From: Chloroflexota bacterium | GTDB taxonomy: Bacteria > Chloroflexota > Limnocylindria > Limnocylindrales > Limnocylindraceae | Assembly: GCA_041177405.1 (NCBI GenBank) | Contig: JBEDBF010000001.1 | Location: 1 to 42,303, forward strand | Direction: 5' to 3' | DNA length: 42,303 nt | Part shown: piece by piece, positions 38,198-42,303 of the stretch | Layout of the letters: each line of letters begins with the position of its first letter | Numbering within the stretch: the first letter of the stretch is position 1 | The notes under the pieces: generated by a model | Told to the model about the DNA's origin: nothing | The model's database searches: none | The model's input: only the letters and a program-made list of their open reading frames with translations | Program-made: the position numbers and the translations under genes

Positions 38198-39531
38198 GCG
38201 GCGCACAGATGGCATGGTCACGAATGACGCCAGGCGGACGCGCACTCGCCGTGCTGCTGCCACTTCTCTCCGTTGGGGGCGCGGCGATCACCGCCCTGCT
38301 CGTTGTAGCGGGACCGTTCATTGGCGCAACCATTGGGGCAAACCTGCCAATCGTGCGCTTCCTCGCCGCGTCGGTGATCACCTTCTTGATCACCGTCCCT
38401 GTTGCATTCCTTTTGATTTACATGGAGATGAAGATCATTGCGTTGATGAATCTGCGCATCGGCCCAGATCGCATCGGTCCCGGCGGTGCCGTCATGAGTG
38501 TGGTGCACGGGCTCAAGGTGCTGATGAAGGAGGACTACACGCCGCCGAGCGTTGATGTTCCTGTCTTCACGCTCGCACCCGTCGTTGTCTATCTGGCGAG
38601 CTTCATGACGATCATGGTCATTCCGTTTGCGCCAGACCTCACGAGTATCGGACTCGAGTTCGGCCTCCTCTACTTCTTCGCTATCGGCGGACTCGGCGTA
38701 GTGGGCTTGATGATGGCGGGCTGGTCCTCGTTCAACAAGTATTCGCTTTTGGGCGGCATTCGAGCCGCAGCGCAGGCGATCAGCTATGAGATCCCCCTGA
38801 CACTCTCCGTCGTAGGAATCATCATCTTGACCGGCACACTCTCGCTCCCAAAGATTGTGGAGGCGCAGAGCGGTTCCCTGCTTGACTGGTTCATCTTCCG
38901 TCAGCCACTTGCGGCGATCATCTTCTTCATTGCAATCACCGCAGAGGCGAACCGCACGCCGTTTGATAACACCGAAGCCGATCAGGAGATCGTTGCCGGA
39001 TTCGCAACGGAGTACTCCGGCATGCGCTTCGGCTTCTTCTTCTTTGCGGAGTACGTCAACGTCTTCATCGTCTCAGCACTCTTCTCCGCCGTCTTCCTTG
39101 GCGGATCCAATGCACCGCTTGTTCTCCCCTTCAACCCTGAGATCAATGTGGACCTGAGCGGGCTCGGCCTCCTCCTCCCGATCGCGGCGGGGATCGCTCC
39201 GCTGCTTGGGACGTTGGCGATCGGCCTCCCCATCTACGCGATTAGCGCGCGCATCAAGGCCTGGCAGGCACTCCTCGCCGGCTTCCTCATCTTCGGCGCG
39301 CTTTCGACAGCGGCCATCGGCTTCTGGGCCTGGGCGATGCTTCCACCCGTCGCGGACCTTGTCTGGTTCCTGCTGAAGACGTTCACCCTGATCTTCATCT
39401 TCGTCTGGATGCGCGCAACGTTGCCGCGCGCGCGCATCGACCAGCTGATGGGCTTCGCCTGGAAGTGGCTCCTCCCCGCCTCACTGCTCAACCTATTTGT
39501 CACGGCTGCCGCCGTGTTGCTGACGGCATAA
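38194..39531 (+). CDS. nuoH: NADH-quinone oxidoreductase subunit H, about 100 aa longer than usual
   Basis: EMKIIALMNLRIGPDRIGPGG, LKVLMKEDYTP, AEANRTPFD, EADQEIVAGFATEYSGMRFGFFFFAEY, WMRATLPRARIDQLM. GTG 38194 overlaps the nuoD stop. Confidence 0.9.
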   Translation: MSGAQMAWSRMTPGGRALAVLLPLLSVGGAAITALLVVAGPFIGATIGANLPIVRFLAASVITFLITVPVAFLLIYMEMKIIALMNLRIGPDRIGPGGAVMSVVHGLKVLMKEDYTPPSVDVPVFTLAPVVVYLASFMTIMVIPFAPDLTSIGLEFGLLYFFAIGGLGVVGLMMAGWSSFNKYSLLGGIRAAAQAISYEIPLTLSVVGIIILTGTLSLPKIVEAQSGSLLDWFIFRQPLAAIIFFIAITAEANRTPFDNTEADQEIVAGFATEYSGMRFGFFFFAEYVNVFIVSALFSAVFLGGSNAPLVLPFNPEINVDLSGLGLLLPIAAGIAPLLGTLAIGLPIYAISARIKAWQALLAGFLIFGALSTAAIGFWAWAMLPPVADLVWFLLKTFTLIFIFVWMRATLPRARIDQLMGFAWKWLLPASLLNLFVTAAAVLLTA

Positions 39532-39541
39532 GGAGGGTCTG

Positions 39542-40363
39542 ATGGCACGAATCCCAGGCTCAGGCATCGTCCGCGGAATGGCCCTGACGCTCACGCGCTT
39601 CTTCCAGCCGAAGAAGACGGTGATGTACCCCGAAGTGAAGCCAGACATTCCGCCGCGCAACCGTGGTCGCTTGGAACTGGTGACCGACGAGCGTGGCACG
39701 CTGAAGTGCGAAACCTGTTTCCAGTGCGCGCAGGCGTGCCCAATTGAGTGCATTGACATGGGCGGAACAGATACCAAGGGAAGGTACGCCGTCCACTGGG
39801 GGCCGGCGGAGCAGTACGCCGAGCGCCGCGAAGAGTCGGCGATGCGTCGCTCCGGACGAACCGTCTCCGACGCTGCGGCAGCACAAGAGAGCAGTGTTGA
39901 CCTTCGACCCGTTGAAGCGGCGTTGGAACGCGTTGACTACGACCCGCATCACATGTTGCAGATCCTTGAGTCAGTACAGCGCGCGTACGGATATCTGCCG
40001 GTTGATGCATTGAAGCGCATCAGTCGCGCCACTGGCGCCTGGTACGCCATGGTCTATGGCACCGCAACCTTCTATAAACACCTCACGTTTGAGCCGGGAC
40101 GCAATCGCACGATCGCGGTCTGCCGTTGTGCAAACTGCTTGGTTGCCGGCGCAGGGCGCGTGATCAACACGCTCTCGTTCGAATTTGGAACAGAGTTCGG
40201 ACAGGCGATCCCGTGGAGCAACCTGCGGCTCGAAGCCCTCCCAACACACCTTCCTGACGCCCCATCGCCGCTCGTGGTGATTGACGGCGAACCACAGCGC
40301 GAGCTCTCAAGTCGCAATGCCGAGTCGTGGGCCGCCGCGCTTGCGGGGAGGTACGCCGCGTGA
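39542..40363 (+). CDS. nuoI: Fusion protein: N-terminal half of NuoI (single 4Fe-4S motif) joined to a NuoE-like thioredoxin-fold domain with an incomplete 2Fe-2S ligand set
   Basis: NuoI part: KKTVMYPE, RNRGRLEL, CETCFQCAQACPIEC (39707-39751). NuoE-like part: LQILESVQRAYGYLP, VYGTATFY, IAVCRCANC (40121-40138). SD AGGAGGG precedes ATG 39542. Confidence 0.8.
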   Translation: MARIPGSGIVRGMALTLTRFFQPKKTVMYPEVKPDIPPRNRGRLELVTDERGTLKCETCFQCAQACPIECIDMGGTDTKGRYAVHWGPAEQYAERREESAMRRSGRTVSDAAAAQESSVDLRPVEAALERVDYDPHHMLQILESVQRAYGYLPVDALKRISRATGAWYAMVYGTATFYKHLTFEPGRNRTIAVCRCANCLVAGAGRVINTLSFEFGTEFGQAIPWSNLRLEALPTHLPDAPSPLVVIDGEPQRELSSRNAESWAAALAGRYAA

Positions 40364-41622
40364 AGCAACTGAGCGCACCAAAGGGATGGTCACAGATCCT
40401 CATGACGCCACCGGCAACGCCGTGGAGCGCGCTGCGCGCTGCGCTCGCCGCTGGTGGCGCGGCAACCGCGCAGACACTCATTGATGCCGGCCTGCGCGGA
40501 CGCGGCGGTGGGGGTTTCTTGACCGGTGAGAAGTGGCGTGCAGCTGCGCAGAGCGACGCGTCGCCGAAATACGCGGTGGCAAACGCATACGAGTCAGACC
40601 CAGCCGTCTTCACGAACCGTCTCCTTCTTGAAAAGAATGCACTCGGAGTCATTGAGGGCCTCGCGATCGCCGCACTCAGTGTTGGCGCGCGTGAAGCGAT
40701 GATTGGCGTGCGCGCGGAGTACAGCGACGCAATCCGTTCGCTTGAAGTGACCATCACCACCGCAGAGCGCGAAGGCGTTCTCGGGGCCAACGTGCTCGGA
40801 AGCGGTCGCGAGCTCACCGTGCGCGTCATCCCACTTCAAGGCTCAAGCATGATCGGTGAAGAGACGGTGCTGCTCAAGGCGCTTGCAGGAAAACGCGGTC
40901 AGCCAGAGCAGACGCCGCCGTATCCATCGGAAGTTGGCTATCTCGGCAAGCCGACCGTGGTGAACAACGTGGCAACACTCGCCGCCGTCTCTTGGATCCT
41001 TGCCAACGGCGCCGCTGCATTCAAGCAGATTGGCGACCCAGCGCAGCCTGGAACCATGCTCGTTCAGGTGAGCGGCTCGATCACTAACTCCGGCGTCCTC
41101 GAAGTTCCGACAGGAACCCCACTCGCGGAGATCCTCGCAGTGGCGGGAGGCCCCGCACGCGGAGCCACGATCAAGGCGCTTCTTGTTGGCGGCCCATCGG
41201 GCGGATTTGTTCCTGCGCAGCTGTTGGCAAGTACGCCGTATAGCGGCGCCGGACTCGCCGCGGTTGGCGCGCACATTGGTTCGGGCGCGCTGCTTGCCCT
41301 CGACGGGAGCGCATCAATTCCTGAGCTCGCCGCCATGTTGACGCGCTGGTGTGCCGACGAAGCCTGCGGAAAAACAATTCCATGCCGCATCGGCACCCGT
41401 CGCCTTGCTGAGATTGGGCAACGCTTTGTCGACGGTCTCGCTGGCCCGCAAGACGGCGAGCGACTCCAGGCGCTCGCGGCAGATGTTGCAGATAGCGCGC
41501 TCTGCGCGCATGAGCGGCTCACGCCAAGCCCACTCCTGACGGGGATGCGATACTTCAAACACGAGTTTTATCCGGCCAACGTCGCGCAGCCAAGCGGCGC
41601 AGTAGCAGGACGGAGTACGTAG
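40360..41622 (+). CDS. NuoF (51-kDa subunit)-like protein with divergent cofactor motifs
   Basis: GLRGRGGGGFLTGEKW, IGEETVLLKALAGKRGQP, PPYPSEVGYLGKPTVVNNVAT, EACGKTIPCRIG. GTG 40360 forms a GTGA overlap with the upstream stop. Confidence 0.8.
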   Translation: MKQLSAPKGWSQILMTPPATPWSALRAALAAGGAATAQTLIDAGLRGRGGGGFLTGEKWRAAAQSDASPKYAVANAYESDPAVFTNRLLLEKNALGVIEGLAIAALSVGAREAMIGVRAEYSDAIRSLEVTITTAEREGVLGANVLGSGRELTVRVIPLQGSSMIGEETVLLKALAGKRGQPEQTPPYPSEVGYLGKPTVVNNVATLAAVSWILANGAAAFKQIGDPAQPGTMLVQVSGSITNSGVLEVPTGTPLAEILAVAGGPARGATIKALLVGGPSGGFVPAQLLASTPYSGAGLAAVGAHIGSGALLALDGSASIPELAAMLTRWCADEACGKTIPCRIGTRRLAEIGQRFVDGLAGPQDGERLQALAADVADSALCAHERLTPSPLLTGMRYFKHEFYPANVAQPSGAVAGRST

Positions 41623-42303
41623 ATGGCAGGCCTCATGGAGCGACCAACGAGTGGTGTGACACCAGTTGATGCCACCGCGGTGCAGACCACCTCAGAGAGC
41701 CAAGCGGTTGAGCAGATGCTCTCCACGCGCAGCCCACAACGCCCGCAGCGCACCCCAACCTTCTATGTAGAGATTGACGGGAGGCAGCTCGAGGCGTTTG
41801 AGGGACAGACAATCCTCGAAGTCTGCCGCGCAAATGGCATTGAAGTCCCAACGCTCTGCTACGACCCGAAACTTCCTGGATTCGGCGCATGCCGCATGTG
41901 TGTGGTCGACGTTGACGGGTGTGACTCACCGCAGATCAGCTGTTCGGCAAAGGCGGAACCCGCAGCGGTCATTGCCACACAGACCGATCGGCTGCGTGAG
42001 ATTCGTCGCACCAACCTGGAGTTGATCTTTAGCGACCACAACGCGTACTGTCTGCCGCCGTGCCAAAACAAGTGCCCGAGCCACATCGACATTCCAGGTT
42101 TCTTGAAGGCGAACGCCGAGTCGCAGTTCCGCGAGTCGGCGCGCATCTTCAAGCGCACCATCCCGTTCCCAAGCATCCTCGGTCGCGTCTGCCCAGCACC
42201 TTGTGAAGACCACTGCCGTCGTGACGAAGTTGACGAAGCGATCGCGATCCGCGACAGCCACCGCTACGCAGGCGACCAGGTGCTCAAGTCAATGTGGGAC
42301 GAG
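41623..42303 (+). CDS. Partial CDS (3-prime end outside the window): NuoG-type N-terminal 2Fe-2S domain fused to a GltD (glutamate synthase small subunit)-like Fe-S/NAD(P)H oxidoreductase domain
   Basis: Not in the ORF track because it has no stop. I translated it by hand from ATG 41623 (TAGATG with the nuoF-like stop): FYVEIDGRQLEAFEGQTILEVC ... LCYDPKLPGFGACRMCVVDVDGCDSPQISC (C-x10-C-x2-C-x13-C), then CLPPCQNKCPSHIDIPGFLKANAESQFRESARIFKRTIPFPSILGRVCPAPCEDHCRR ... IAIRDSHRYAGD. The second part parallels the GltD N-terminal Fe-S region. The frame stays open to the last base. Confidence 0.8.
   Translation, partial: MAGLMERPTSGVTPVDATAVQTTSESQAVEQMLSTRSPQRPQRTPTFYVEIDGRQLEAFEGQTILEVCRANGIEVPTLCYDPKLPGFGACRMCVVDVDGCDSPQISCSAKAEPAAVIATQTDRLREIRRTNLELIFSDHNAYCLPPCQNKCPSHIDIPGFLKANAESQFRESARIFKRTIPFPSILGRVCPAPCEDHCRRDEVDEAIAIRDSHRYAGDQVLKSMWDE

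Noticed and set aside
39744-40013. An alternative-frame ORF inside the NuoI::NuoE gene, inspected as a possible hiding place for the missing second 4Fe-4S motif via a frameshift.
   Set aside because: Its translation has no CxxCxxCxxxCP pattern, and no spaced TGC/TGT codons occur in any frame between 39760 and 40120. The motif is genuinely absent from the sequence as given.

Overview
This is a GC-rich bacterial chromosome segment around the replication-origin neighbourhood (composition judged by eye, not computed). I saw no rRNA, tRNA, CRISPR array, transposase or integrase.

**Positions 1-15.8 kb, all on the + strand:**
- A frame-broken parA, then parB, gyrB, gyrA, prs and a small membrane ORF.
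- secA, then prfB with its programmed +1 frameshift site.
- ftsE, ftsX, an S41 C-terminal protease, smpB and a one-piece tmRNA.

**Positions 15.9-24 kb:**
- A minus-strand block of rpmH (not in the ORF track), rnpA, yidD, yidC, jag/khpB and a DUF4287-like gene.
- This block diverges from dnaA-dnaN-recF-DUF721.
- The dnaA-dnaN spacer holds a cluster of DnaA-box-like 9-mers, a GGGGTT repeat and an AT-rich patch.

**Positions 24-42.3 kb, less standard:**
- An 844-aa single-pass membrane protein with a repeat-rich outer domain.
- A DUF151 nuclease-family gene.
- A GT2 polyprenyl-phosphate glycosyltransferase divergent from a 1387-aa double GT-C/PMT-type glycosyltransferase that carries a large loop insertion.
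- A cupin and a small membrane protein.
- A PurH-like paralog with a degenerate N-terminal domain.
- A MidA/NDUFAF7-type methyltransferase directly upstream of a nuo cluster.

**Most interesting feature, the nuo cluster:**
- The gene order is nuoA-B-C-D-H.
- Next comes a NuoI that stops after its first 4Fe-4S motif and is fused to a NuoE-like domain lacking half of its 2Fe-2S ligands.
- After that is a NuoF-like protein with substitutions in its FMN/NADH and N3-cluster motifs.
- In the position where NuoG would be expected sits a 2Fe-2S domain fused to a GltD (glutamate synthase small subunit)-like domain, cut by the window end.
- Together these look like a non-canonical electron-input module on a complex-I-like core.

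All functional calls rest on by-eye motif recognition. No database search was run.
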